Source: an uncultured virus (IMG/VR IMGVR_UViG_2643221571_000003) | Lineage: Duplodnaviria; Heunggongvirae; Uroviricota; Caudoviricetes | IMG/VR virus record: IMGVR_UViG_2643221571_000003 | Span: 1-64,000 of that record | Length of the DNA stretch: 64,000 nucleotides | Reading direction: 5' to 3' (one strand) | Part shown: piece after piece, positions 45,351 to 56,000 of the stretch | Numbering within the stretch: the stretch's first letter is position 1 | Layout: every line of letters starts with the position of its first letter | Translations under genes and position numbers: made by a program | The notes under the pieces: generated by a model | What the model was told of the DNA's origin: nothing | What the model saw: only the letters and a program-made list of their open reading frames with translations | The model's database searches: none

Positions 45351-45670
45351 TCCGCGCCGCCCGCGCCCTGTATGAGTCCCCGCCGGATGCCGAGCAGATC
45401 GCGGCTTTCGGCTGGGACGCAGAGGACATGGAAGAAGAGTTCGAGGTTTGGCCGTGCCTTTGGTCTGCCTTCGTCCTATTCAACCGAATGTCCACCCAGT
45501 GGCGAGCAGGCGCCGGCGGCGCGATAGGTCTCGACTACAGCTGCATCCGCGACGTGGCCGGCTTCCTCGGCATTAAGAAAAAGAAACTCGCTGAAATATT
45601 CCCAGACCTCCAGGTGCTGGAAGGCGAGGCCCTGCGCGTCATGGCGGAGGAGAGGGAAAACAGCCCGTAA
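45341..45670 (+). CDS. gpGT -1 frameshift extension (DUF1799-like)
   Basis: G GGA AAC at 45341-45347; the -1 frame reads GKLIRAAR...TQWR...GLDY. Confidence 0.8.
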   Translation, partial: GKLIRAARALYESPPDAEQIAAFGWDAEDMEEEFEVWPCLWSAFVLFNRMSTQWRAGAGGAIGLDYSCIRDVAGFLGIKKKKLAEIFPDLQVLEGEALRVMAEERENSP

Positions 45671-45697
45671 CCGCGGGCACTTATTCAAGGTGAGTCG

Positions 45698-48600
45698 ATG
45701 AATATTGCAGAACTCGGCGTCAAGATCGACTCGGCCGATGCAATCCAGGCGAAAACGAGTCTGGATGAAATGGCGAAGGCCGGCGGCCGGGCCGAGCAGT
45801 CCGCCGTTTCGCTGATGAACGAAATGCAGGCGCTGGAAAAGTCGCTGTCCACCAGCGCCAAAACCACCCAGGATTTGGCAAAGCAGCGTGACGCTCTCAC
45901 CAAGCTGACCAAGACCGGCGCCTATGGCGAGGCCGAGGCGGCGAAGATCTCGGCCCAGCTCGACAAGCAGCAGGTGGCCTTGGCCAAGTCCGCTATGGAC
46001 GAGCAGAAGGCCCTCAACAGCCTGCTGGGGGCTATTGACCCTGCCCGTGCCGCGCTGGCTAAGCTGGACACGCAGGTCGAGCAACTGGGCAAGCACCTCG
46101 ACGAGGGCCGAATCAGCCAGGACCAGTACAACAGCGCCCTGAGCAAGATCGACAAGGATTACGCAAAGCTCGAAAAAACCACCACTGGTTTCGACAAGCT
46201 GAAGCTAGGCACACGTCAGGCACAGGAAAATGTCGTTCAACTCGGGAACGCCCTGTCTACTGGTGATTGGGGTAGCGGTGCACGGGCCATAGCTCAGATT
46301 GGAGTGGGGGCGGGTGCCTCTATGGGCAGTATGTTGGCACTGGCTGCCCCCATCGGGTTGGTAGCCGCCGCCATTGGAGGCCTGGCTGTTGCCTACTACA
46401 AGGGTAGCGAGGAGCAGGACCGCTATAACAAATCACTGATCCTAACCGGCAATTACGCAGGAGCAACATCCTCAGCGCTAGGGGGTATGGCGCGACAGGT
46501 CAGCGACACCGTAGGCACCACTGGAGCGGCAGCGGCGGTTCTGGCGCAGTTGGCTGGCTCCGGCAAGATCGTAAGCAGTAGCTTTGAGCAGATTGCTGTT
46601 GCAGCCCTATCGTTCGAAAAAGCTACCGGCAAAGCGGCATCAGAAACCGTGGATGAATTCGCCAGGCTGGCGGATGACCCGGTGAAGGCTGTCGTTGCGC
46701 TCAATGACAAGTACAACTTTCTCACTGCTGCCGTGTACACCCAGATTCGGGCGTTGCAGGAACAAGGCGACACCCTGGGCGCCCAGCAGTTGGCGGAGAG
46801 CGCCTACGCCGATGCTTTGATTCTGCGTGCCGATATCATCACGAGCAACTTGGGCACAGTAGAAAGCGCTTGGAACTCGGTTAAGGGCGCAGCCAAAGGT
46901 GCCTGGGACGCAATACTTGATATCGGGCGCGAAGAGACATTCGATCAAAAGTTCGACAAGCTTGCAGATCGCCTAAATACGCTGCGCAACGCCCAATCGA
47001 ATCCGATGATCTTGGGTGACAACCCCGACATGATGATGCTTAGTCGCGGTGAGTCAGGCGCCCAAGGCGACATCACCGCACTGCTACAGAAGGAGGTGGA
47101 TGACCAGGCAAAAGCGCGCCGGGAAATGTTCCAGGCTCAGGATATGCAGGAGGGCACGAAGGCCTATGAAACCCTGCAGAACAACCTAGACGCTACGGCA
47201 TCAAAGTCCACGAAACTGACGAAAGCGCTTGAGGAAAATCAAAGGCGTATCGCTGCTGCGCGGCGGGCAGGCTACGCATTCACCGCTGCGGATGAAGCGG
47301 CTCTAGAAAAACAGACTCGTGACAAGTTCAAGGAGTCGAAAACGGGCGGATCTTCACCGGTCGACCTTACTAGCTTCAACAATGCCAAAAACGACCTGGC
47401 GGCGATCACCGACACCTACAAGAACTACCAGAAGGAACTGGAGGCGGCGCAAAAGGCCGGGCTGATATCTGAGGCTGACTACCTTCTGCGTCGCCAGGCC
47501 CTTATCGGCAACGAGCGTGACCAGGTGACGGCAGCCTACGAGGCCGAGATCAGCGCGCTAGAAGTTGCCAAGGGTAAGAAGACCACCTCAGCCGCGCAAA
47601 GCATCCAGCTCGACCAAAAGATCGCCGACGCACGCGCTGGCATGGTCAAGGCACAGAAGGATGCCGACAGCCAGCTTGAAGTGCTGGCGACAAACGAGAG
47701 CGGGCGGCTTGCCAAGCAGGAGAGGGCGATTAGCTCGTACGTGCAGGCGTTGGGTCAGCAACAGCGCGCCTTGGAGCTTGCCGGGCAGCGTGCCGTATTG
47801 GGCGTCGGCCAAGGTGACCGACAAAATGCACTGAGCGGGCAGTTGAACAGCCAGCAAGACAGGTTTGCTCAGCAGTCGCTTGAGCTGGAAAACCAGCGCT
47901 CCGACCCATCGCGGAATATGTCGGAGGAAGAGTTCAAGCGGAAGTCACAGGCGCTCGCAGACGCGAACAAGGCCGCCACTGACCAGATCCGGCAGAACTA
48001 TGCGGATGTGGAGGCAGCTCAAGGTGATTGGACGAAGGGTGCTACCTCGGCCTGGGCCAACTACCTGGATTCGGCGCAGAACGTCGCAGGGCAGACCAAG
48101 AGTCTATTCGGCAATGCGTTCAGCTCGATGGAGGACTCAATCGTCAACTTCGCCATGACCGGTAAGGCGTCGTTCTCGGACTTCGCCAAATCGATCCTGG
48201 CCGACATGGCACGCATTGCCACCCGTCAGGCTAGCTCGGCGCTGCTGGGTAGCCTGGTCGGAGCGGCTGCCAGCTACTTTGGTGGCAGCGCTGCTGGAGG
48301 TAACGGCCTGGCCGCGGGCTCCGCTGGTGCGGCATCGTCGAATCTTGGCGCATCGGCTGGCGGCTACTCGGGCTCGTACTTTCCCCAGGCGATGGGTGGC
48401 GCCTGGTCGGGCGGTGTGCAGATGTTCGCCGACGGCGGCGCCTTCACCAACTCGATCGTAAGCAAGCCAACAGCGTTCGGTATGGCCAACGGCAAAACCG
48501 GTGTCATGGGCGAGGCCGGGGAAGAGGCGATTATGCCGTTGACCCGAACGTCGAGCGGCAAGCTGGGCGTGATGGCTATGGGCGGCGGCGGGGCGGGTGC

Positions 48601-48784
48601 GACTCAGATCAACGTCGAGGTGCATATCGACGGTGATGGAAACGCATCGTCCACCGCTGACGCACCTGGCTACGACCTGTTCGGCAAGGAGTTGGCGACC
48701 TTCGTAGAGCAGAAGTATCAAGAGCTGCGCTCGAAGGACATGCGCCAGGGCGGAGTCATCAACAAAGCAATTAAGGGGCGCTGA
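45698..48784 (+). CDS. Tape measure protein
   Basis: 1028 aa, Ala/Gln-rich; LILTGNYAG, GEAGEEAIMPL. Confidence 0.95.
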   Translation: MNIAELGVKIDSADAIQAKTSLDEMAKAGGRAEQSAVSLMNEMQALEKSLSTSAKTTQDLAKQRDALTKLTKTGAYGEAEAAKISAQLDKQQVALAKSAMDEQKALNSLLGAIDPARAALAKLDTQVEQLGKHLDEGRISQDQYNSALSKIDKDYAKLEKTTTGFDKLKLGTRQAQENVVQLGNALSTGDWGSGARAIAQIGVGAGASMGSMLALAAPIGLVAAAIGGLAVAYYKGSEEQDRYNKSLILTGNYAGATSSALGGMARQVSDTVGTTGAAAAVLAQLAGSGKIVSSSFEQIAVAALSFEKATGKAASETVDEFARLADDPVKAVVALNDKYNFLTAAVYTQIRALQEQGDTLGAQQLAESAYADALILRADIITSNLGTVESAWNSVKGAAKGAWDAILDIGREETFDQKFDKLADRLNTLRNAQSNPMILGDNPDMMMLSRGESGAQGDITALLQKEVDDQAKARREMFQAQDMQEGTKAYETLQNNLDATASKSTKLTKALEENQRRIAAARRAGYAFTAADEAALEKQTRDKFKESKTGGSSPVDLTSFNNAKNDLAAITDTYKNYQKELEAAQKAGLISEADYLLRRQALIGNERDQVTAAYEAEISALEVAKGKKTTSAAQSIQLDQKIADARAGMVKAQKDADSQLEVLATNESGRLAKQERAISSYVQALGQQQRALELAGQRAVLGVGQGDRQNALSGQLNSQQDRFAQQSLELENQRSDPSRNMSEEEFKRKSQALADANKAATDQIRQNYADVEAAQGDWTKGATSAWANYLDSAQNVAGQTKSLFGNAFSSMEDSIVNFAMTGKASFSDFAKSILADMARIATRQASSALLGSLVGAAASYFGGSAAGGNGLAAGSAGAASSNLGASAGGYSGSYFPQAMGGAWSGGVQMFADGGAFTNSIVSKPTAFGMANGKTGVMGEAGEEAIMPLTRTSSGKLGVMAMGGGGAGATQINVEVHIDGDGNASSTADAPGYDLFGKELATFVEQKYQELRSKDMRQGGVINKAIKGR

Positions 48785-49122
48785 TGGCCATCGAACGATT
48801 TACCTGGGCAACGGAGAAGGGCGCGGAGGGTGATATTGCCCAGCGTGCTCGCTCCAAGAAGTTCGGCCAAGGGTACGAGCAGTCAGTCGAGGATGGGATC
48901 AACAATCGGTGGCAATCCTGGCCGGTGACCTTTACCGGCCTGAAGCCGCGTATTAAGCAAATCATGGACTTCATCGACCGACACAAGGGGACGAAGGGCT
49001 TCCTCTGGGAGCCGCCCCTGGGTGAGCTTGGTCTCTACAAATGCAACGGCTACAAGCCGATTCACCGCGGCGGCCAGGTCTACGCCATCACCGCGACTTT
49101 CCAACAAACCTTTCATCCCTGA
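48784..49122 (+). CDS. Minor tail protein gpM
   Basis: FGQGYEQ...GINN, FLW-PP. Confidence 0.85.
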   Translation: MAIERFTWATEKGAEGDIAQRARSKKFGQGYEQSVEDGINNRWQSWPVTFTGLKPRIKQIMDFIDRHKGTKGFLWEPPLGELGLYKCNGYKPIHRGGQVYAITATFQQTFHP

Positions 49123-49133
49123 GATAACCGCCT

Positions 49134-49886
49134 ATGGCACTGATCACGGACATCCAGAAACTGGAGCCCGGCGGCGAGATTCGCCTTTTCGAAATTGACG
49201 GGACCGAGTACGGCGCCGATTACTTGCGCTTCCACGGTCACGCCATCCCGCACACGCCCGAGGAACTACTTCTCTACGAACACTCCGAAGATGAATTGCC
49301 AGCGAAGTCGATCTGGTGGCAGGGCGAAGAGTACGCGGCCTGGCCAGTGCAGATTGAGGGTATTTCCTCGAGCAGCGACGGCACTGCCTCTCGGCCGACG
49401 TTCGCCGCCGGCAACGTCAACGGGCGTGTCACCGCGCTGTGCCTGGCTTTCGAGGACATGCTCAAGTTCAAGCTGACGGTTCGCGAGACCCTGGCCCAGT
49501 ACTTGGATGCGGCCAACTTCTCCGATGGCAACCCAACTGCTGACCCGACACAGGAGGCGCTGGAGATTTGGTACATCGATCAGAAAACCAGCGAGGACGG
49601 CGAGGCGGTGGTCTGGGAACTGTCCTCTCCGGGCGAAATCGATAACCACGGGCTGCCAGGGCGCCAAATGACGACGTTCTGCCACTGGGCCATGACCAAT
49701 GGCTATCGGGGGCCGAACTGCGGCTACACCGGCGCGGCCATGTTCGACGATGAGGACAACCCTACCGATGATCCAGCCCTGGACCAGTGCAAGGGCTGCC
49801 TGTCGTCCTGCAAGTTGCGTTTCGGCGAGAACAACGAATTGTCCTTCGGTGGATTCCCTGCCGTCAGCTTGATCGCGAGGAGCTGA
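49134..49886 (+). CDS. Minor tail protein gpL
   Basis: CHW..YRGPNCGY, CKLRFG, FGGFP. Confidence 0.9.
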   Translation: MALITDIQKLEPGGEIRLFEIDGTEYGADYLRFHGHAIPHTPEELLLYEHSEDELPAKSIWWQGEEYAAWPVQIEGISSSSDGTASRPTFAAGNVNGRVTALCLAFEDMLKFKLTVRETLAQYLDAANFSDGNPTADPTQEALEIWYIDQKTSEDGEAVVWELSSPGEIDNHGLPGRQMTTFCHWAMTNGYRGPNCGYTGAAMFDDEDNPTDDPALDQCKGCLSSCKLRFGENNELSFGGFPAVSLIARS

Positions 49887-49888
49887 CC

Positions 49889-50665
49889 ATGCGCAAGCAC
49901 ATCATTGTTGCCATCCAGGCGCATGCGGCAGCCCAGTACCCGAAAGAGTGCTGCGGCCTGTTGCTGGCCGTTGGCCGCGCGCAGAAGTACTTTCCGTGCA
50001 GGAACATCGCCACGGAGGCGAACGAAGAGTTCCGACTCGATCCCGAGGACTACGCCGCGGCAGAAGACTTGGGCGAAGTGATCGGCATCGTTCACTCCCA
50101 CCCGGACGCCACCAGCCGGCCGTCACCGCAAGACCTGGCCATGTGCGAGGCCACGGCCTTGCCCTGGCACATTTTGTCGTGGCCTGAAGGCGATCTGCGC
50201 ACGATTACGCCGACCGGCAGCACCCCGCTACTGAAGCGTCCTTTTGTGCACGGCGCCTGGGATTGCTGGCAGGTATGCGCAGATTGGTATCAGCGTGAGT
50301 GGGGGCTTGAGTTCGAAGCCTTCCAGCGCACTGATGGCTGGTGGGAGAGTGAGGAAAACGCCAGTCTGTACGAGGAGCAATACGAGGCTGCTGGCTTTGT
50401 TCGCGTGGACAGGCCACAACGTGGAGACCTAATCGTCATGCAGGTCGGCCGTACTGCTCACCCTAATCACGCCGGGGTATACTTGGGCATCGATCCGGCA
50501 CTGCCTGGCGAAGACTCTGGGGTGTTTGGCCCGGGCCCGTTCCTGCTGCATCACCTATACGGTAGGCCTTCCGAGATAATTATCTACGGGGGCCCTTGGC
50601 ATAATCGAACACGGCTGATATTGAGGCAAAAAAAACCAAGTTCGGGAAACCATGGTTCGGACTGA
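49889..50665 (+). CDS. Tail assembly protein gpK (JAB + NlpC/P60)
   Basis: ECCG, HSHPD, DCW, NHAG. Confidence 0.9.
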   Translation: MRKHIIVAIQAHAAAQYPKECCGLLLAVGRAQKYFPCRNIATEANEEFRLDPEDYAAAEDLGEVIGIVHSHPDATSRPSPQDLAMCEATALPWHILSWPEGDLRTITPTGSTPLLKRPFVHGAWDCWQVCADWYQREWGLEFEAFQRTDGWWESEENASLYEEQYEAAGFVRVDRPQRGDLIVMQVGRTAHPNHAGVYLGIDPALPGEDSGVFGPGPFLLHHLYGRPSEIIIYGGPWHNRTRLILRQKKPSSGNHGSD

Positions 50666-50667
50666 TT

Positions 50668-51165
50668 TTAAGCGTCACTTGGTACCATCGCGGCGCATCT
50701 TCTAACCTGTGTTGCAAGAGCACCTACAATGACGCTGTTATCGAGCGTCTTGGAGCTTTTGGTTTGCTTTGTATAGTTTTCGGAAATAGAATTATCTAGA
50801 TAGGCAAGTGCTTGAATTGAAAGTTTTGATACTAGTTTCGATGCGGCGGCTTGTACCGCAAAATTGCTATCCTTAGAATTAACCACCGCATCACCGAGTT
50901 CTTTATATATAGATTTCGCTTCATTGCAGTACTGTGTGCGAACTTCGAGCTTTTTCGTTTGTAAAAAAGTTTCTCGCTCGCGAGCGGATTTTGCATTTTC
51001 TAGAGATATTAAATTGTCTTGTTTGGTCTTCTCCACTGAAAGCACGTGTTCTTGTTTTGCGTTTTCCAAGTCCGTATTGGATTTGTTGTTAGAATAAGTA
51101 GAGTAGCCCGTAGCTAGGGAAGTGGCGACTACAGAAACGATTGCGACCCAGTTAGAACTGCTCAT
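50668..51165 (-). CDS. AT-rich antisense moron with N-terminal TM
   Basis: WVAIVSVVATSLATG anchor plus coiled coil. Confidence 0.55.
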   Translation of the reverse strand: MSSSNWVAIVSVVATSLATGYSTYSNNKSNTDLENAKQEHVLSVEKTKQDNLISLENAKSARERETFLQTKKLEVRTQYCNEAKSIYKELGDAVVNSKDSNFAVQAAASKLVSKLSIQALAYLDNSISENYTKQTKSSKTLDNSVIVGALATQVRRCAAMVPSDA

Positions 51166-51311
51166 TTTTTTATTTCGCACCCTTGAAGTAAAAGGGCAGT
51201 ATAATAGCGAATAGCTATGTTCAATGCACCTGCCACACGCTATTAACTTCATGTGATTTCTGCTTTCGGTGCCTCATTGCTACAGTCCCGTCAAACCATA
51301 GAGGGTACGGC

Positions 51312-51734
51312 ATGCGGATTTTGATAGCGGCGGTAGCGGTGGCGATGCTGGCGGGATGCGCCTCATCGGCGATATCGGTTAGGGACGCGAAGCCGGTACT
51401 ACTGGATGAACTTTACGCCTTCCAGTCAAAGCCCTCCGGGGAAAGCGGAAGAATCACAGTTGTGCGCGACTCCGGCGCTATGGGCTCGGGTTGCGACATC
51501 GTTGTCTATGTTGACGGCCGAAGGGCTGCAAAAATCGGCACCGGGCAGCGGGCAACATTCTACCTTCCGCCAGGCTCGCCCAATCTCGGCACTGGCCTGG
51601 CGGGCTCTGGCTTGTGCGCAGGCGCCGCAATTCGAACGATAGCGGCGACGGTGCAGCCTGGAAAGGAAAGCCTGTACCGTATCAGTGGCGACATGGCCGG
51701 CTTCTACATTGGCCCCTATGTCGATTACAACTGA
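51312..51734 (+). CDS. Lipoprotein moron
   Basis: Lipobox LAGC; VVRDSG-MGSGC...VDG. Confidence 0.75.
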   Translation: MRILIAAVAVAMLAGCASSAISVRDAKPVLLDELYAFQSKPSGESGRITVVRDSGAMGSGCDIVVYVDGRRAAKIGTGQRATFYLPPGSPNLGTGLAGSGLCAGAAIRTIAATVQPGKESLYRISGDMAGFYIGPYVDYN

Positions 51735-51789
51735 ACCAAGAAAGCCATGAAGCCGCCTCCGGGCGGTTTTTTATTGTCCGGAGAAAGTG

Positions 51790-52383
51790 ATGCAGGCATC
51801 AGCGATCAATTACCAACCTATGACAACGATTCGACTTCACGGGCAACTCCGTCAGTTCGGGAAGTCCTTCAGGCTCGCGGTAAAGTCGCCCGCCGAGGCC
51901 ATCAAGGCACTATGTGTGCAAATCCCGGGGTTCGAGCGGTTCCTGTCTAACGCCAAGTCGCGCGGGCTTGAGTTCGCTGTGTTCCGCGATAAGCGCAATA
52001 TAGGCGAGAGGGAGTTGAGCTATAACGGCGCCGGTGACATCCGCATTGCCCCCGTGGTTGTAGGCAGCAAGCGCGGCGGTATTCTTCAAACCATCGTCGG
52101 AGCAATTTTGATTGTTGTGGGTGTGATTTTTTCAGCAACGCCTTTCGGCACACCGCTTATCGGCGCAGGTATCGGGCTCGTCGCCGGCGGCGTAATTCAA
52201 ATGCTCAGCCCGCAGGCAGGCGGACTCAAGACCAGCGCGGCCCCAGAGAATACCCCTGGCTACGCCTTCGGTAGCGCCAAGAACACCACGGCATCCGGCA
52301 ACCCGGTCCCGCTCTGCTACGGCAAGCGTCGAGTCGGTGGGGCAATTATCAGCGCTGCGATTTATGCCGAGGATGAAGTATGA
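51790..52383 (+). CDS. Tail assembly protein gpI
   Basis: AEAIKALC, GNPVPLCYG. Confidence 0.9.
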   Translation: MQASAINYQPMTTIRLHGQLRQFGKSFRLAVKSPAEAIKALCVQIPGFERFLSNAKSRGLEFAVFRDKRNIGERELSYNGAGDIRIAPVVVGSKRGGILQTIVGAILIVVGVIFSATPFGTPLIGAGIGLVAGGVIQMLSPQAGGLKTSAAPENTPGYAFGSAKNTTASGNPVPLCYGKRRVGGAIISAAIYAEDEV

Positions 52384-52410
52384 TTTCGTCTTTTTCCATA
52401 TGAGGTCGAC

Positions 52411-53022
52411 ATGGAAGCTGGCGATTTTTTCAGAGGCTCGGTGAATCACCTCAGTCGAGCAAAGGCTCTTTATACTCAAGGAAAGCTAAAGCCGGAGTAC
52501 TATTTCTATAGTGCTTTAGAACTTAGGTTCGGGATTGAATCTCGGCTCAGAGAATATCTTCAGCACCAAGAGCACGTCGCGGAAAAAAAGAAGCGCGGTT
52601 GGCAAATTGCTGCACTGGGAAGAGATGTTGAACAAGCCTTTTATGGGTGCGTGCAGGAGGTAAGGATTGATGTCTGGTCTGGCGGTTATCCAATGATAAG
52701 GTGTAAATATACTCCCGTAACTCCAGAGCTCCGCAGTATTGGTGAGCGGTTGGGAAACTATCTTCACGCGCCCAAGAAAGATGATCTTCGACAGTTGGAG
52801 CAGTGGAGGGACTTTGAATCAATGCTTGATCAAGGGATCTCCTTATTAGATTACGCATGTAGTGGGAATCTGCTCGGAGTACCATTGGTGCAGTCCGGTA
52901 ACAAACGAGGTAGTTTAAATTTAAGCGTACCAGATGAGCAAAACGCATTGCTTAAAGAGCTTCTAAAGTGCGGTGCGGAGTTGGAGTTAAACGTCAGCTA
53001 CTGTAAGCCAGCAGGGCTCTAA
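52411..53022 (+). CDS. AT-rich moron, HEPN-like hypothetical
   Basis: YSALELRFGIE and RLGNYLH motifs. Confidence 0.6.
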   Translation: MEAGDFFRGSVNHLSRAKALYTQGKLKPEYYFYSALELRFGIESRLREYLQHQEHVAEKKKRGWQIAALGRDVEQAFYGCVQEVRIDVWSGGYPMIRCKYTPVTPELRSIGERLGNYLHAPKKDDLRQLEQWRDFESMLDQGISLLDYACSGNLLGVPLVQSGNKRGSLNLSVPDEQNALLKELLKCGAELELNVSYCKPAGL

Positions 53023-53079
53023 AAGCCCAAAAGAACTATGCCCGCCAACTGAGCGGGTTTTTTTCGCCTGGAGGAAAGC

Positions 53080-56000
53080 ATGGGCGCAGTACGCAAGATC
53101 GACATCCACGGCGCTAAGGGCGGCGAAGAGAAACCAAAAACGCCGACAGAAGCCCCGGACAGTCTGCGCTCGGTTGCCGTCGCCAAAATGCTGATCGCCG
53201 TGGGCGAGGGTGAATTCGAAGGGACGCCAACGGCCAGGGATATCTACCTCGATAACACTCCGCTGCAAGACCCTCAAGGGAACATGAACTTCCCGAACGT
53301 GAAGTGGGAGTGGCGCACCGGGGCCGTGGACCAGACCTATATCCAGGGGATCCCGTCGGTCGAGAACGAGACCACCATCAGCACCGAACTGCGCAGCGGC
53401 ACCCCGTGGGTTAGGGCGATCAACAACACTCAGCTTTCCGCTGTGCGCGTGCGTTTTGCCTGGCCGGCACTCCAGTCCGTGGACGCTGGGGGCAACATCA
53501 ATGGGTACAGGATCGAATACAAGGTTGAGCTGGCCACTGATGGGGGCGCCTATCAGCCGGTGCTGAGCGAGGCTGTCGATGGCAAGACCACCAGCGTGTA
53601 CGAGCGCACCCGCCGTATCGATTTGCCCAAAGCCACGACCGGCTGGTTGATGCGAATCACCCGCATCACACCAAACCAGAACAACAATAAAATTTCGGAC
53701 ACCATGCAGATTGCCGGATTTACCGAGGTGATTGACGCGAAGATCCGCTACCCAAACACGGCACTGCTCTACATCGAGTTTTCTGCCGAGCAGTTCCGTA
53801 GCATCCCTGCCGTGACGGTCGAGACCAAGCTGAAAAAAATGCAGGTGCCGAGCAACTACGACCCTGTGTCGCGCTCGTACAGTGGCGTTTGGGACGGTAC
53901 CTTCAAGCAGGCCTGGACCGACAACCCTGTCTGGATGACCTACGACATAACCACCGCCGATCGTTTCGGCCTGGGCCGTCGCATCAAGCCGTGGATGGTG
54001 GACAAGTGGGAACTGTACCGAATCTCGCAATACTGCGACCAACTGGTGCCGGACGGAAAGGGTGACCAGGAACCGCGCTTCATCTGCAACTTGAACCTGC
54101 AGAGCAAAGCTGATGCCTGGTCACTGCTGCGCGATATTTCGGCGATCTACCGAGGTATGATGTACTGGGCCCAGGGCCAGGTGTTCACTCTCTCGGATAT
54201 GCCGCGCGCAACGGACTTCGACTTTGCCTACACCCGGGCAAACGTCATCGACGGCAAGTTCACCTACTCGAGCGCGTCTGAGCGCACCCGCTACACCCGT
54301 GCACTGGTCAGCTACGACAACCCGCTGAACAACTACGACACCGACGTCACGGCTGTCACCGATCAGAAGCTACAGCGGCGCTACGGCGACAACCCGCTGG
54401 AGATCAGCGCTATCGGCTGCACTCGCGAATCGGAGGCCCAGCGCCGCGGTAAGTGGGCGCTGCTGACCAACTCCAAGGATCGGGCCGTAACCTTCAAGGT
54501 TGGTTTGGATGGCCGTATCCCGCTGCCTGGCTACGTGATCCCGATTGCTGACGAACTGCTGGCCGGCCGTGCCATTGGCGGGCGTATCTCAGCGGTAAAA
54601 GGCAAGGTCATCAAGCTGGACCGCGACACCCAGGCCAAGCCCGGCGACCGACTGATCCTCAACCTGCCTGACGGTAAGTGCGAGGGGCGCACCGTGCAAC
54701 TGGTCAGTGGCCGGCAGGTTACGGTTACCGTGGCTTACTCCGTGACGCCTGAGCCGGAACTGGTCTGGGCATTGGATACTGACGACTTGGCCGTCCCACT
54801 ATACCGGGTGGTCAGCGTGGCCCGGCCAGAGCCTGGGGTCTTCGAAATATCGGCTGTTCAGTACGATCCGAGCAAGTTTGCGCACATCGACACAGGCGCT
54901 CGCCTGGAAGATCGCCCGATCAGCGTTATCCCGATCACCGTGGTACCGGCGCCGCCCAGTGTCACGCTGACGTCGAGCTACGCGGTTAGCCAGGGTATTG
55001 CCATCAGCACCATGAACATCTCGTGGCCTGCCGTAACTGGTGCCGTCGCTTATGAGGTGGAGTGGCGTAAGGACAACGGCAACTGGATCAAGGTACAGCG
55101 CACAGGCTCAACGAGCGTGGACGTCACCGGGATCTACTCGGGTGCGTACCTGGCCCGGGTGCGGTCGGTAAGCGCATTCGAAATCTCGTCGATCTGGAAA
55201 AACTCCAGCCTGACCAACCTGGAAGGGAAGGTTGGCCTGCCGCCGGCGGTGTCGTTCCTGACCACCACCAGCTTGATCTATGGCATCGGCATCCAGTGGG
55301 GATTCCCACCAGGTGCGGAGGACACCCAACGGACGGAACTCTGGTACAGCGAGTCGCCCGACTTGACGACGGCGGTCAAGCTGAGCGACTTCAGCTACCC
55401 GCAGGCCTCGCACGAAATGTACAGCCTGTTGGCGGGGGCAAGTCTGTTCTTCTGGGCGCGCTTGGTCGACCGGACCGGCAACGTAGGCCCGTTCTGGCCT
55501 GTACCTGGTGCAGTCCATGGCCAGGCCAGCACCAAGCAGAGCGACTATGAGGCCTACTACGCCGAGAAGATCGGCAAGGGCGCCCTGTACCAGAGTCTGC
55601 GCGAAGAAATCGAACTGATTACAGGCGATGGGCCTGGCTCAGTAAATGAGCGCCTCGAGGAAGCCAAGCAGGAGCTGGAAGATCTGATCAAGCAAGTGAG
55701 CGATGCCCTCGCTTACGACCCGGAAAAGCCCTATCTGAAGGGCGACATCGTGCGTCTGGATCAGCGTCTCTACCAAGCGAAAGGCCCTGTGCCTGTGGGA
55801 GCAACGCCGCCCGACGTCACGTACTGGATCGATATCGGCACCATCCTTGAGACCACTGATGCACTGGTGTCCCAGGTGCAGATCATCGAAACCAAGATCG
55901 AGGAAATCGACGGCAAGGTGTTGGCCACCGCCACCTCAGTTGAGGCGTTGCGCTCAGCTGCCCGTGGTGACGACGGCGCCGGCGATCTGGCCGACGCAAT

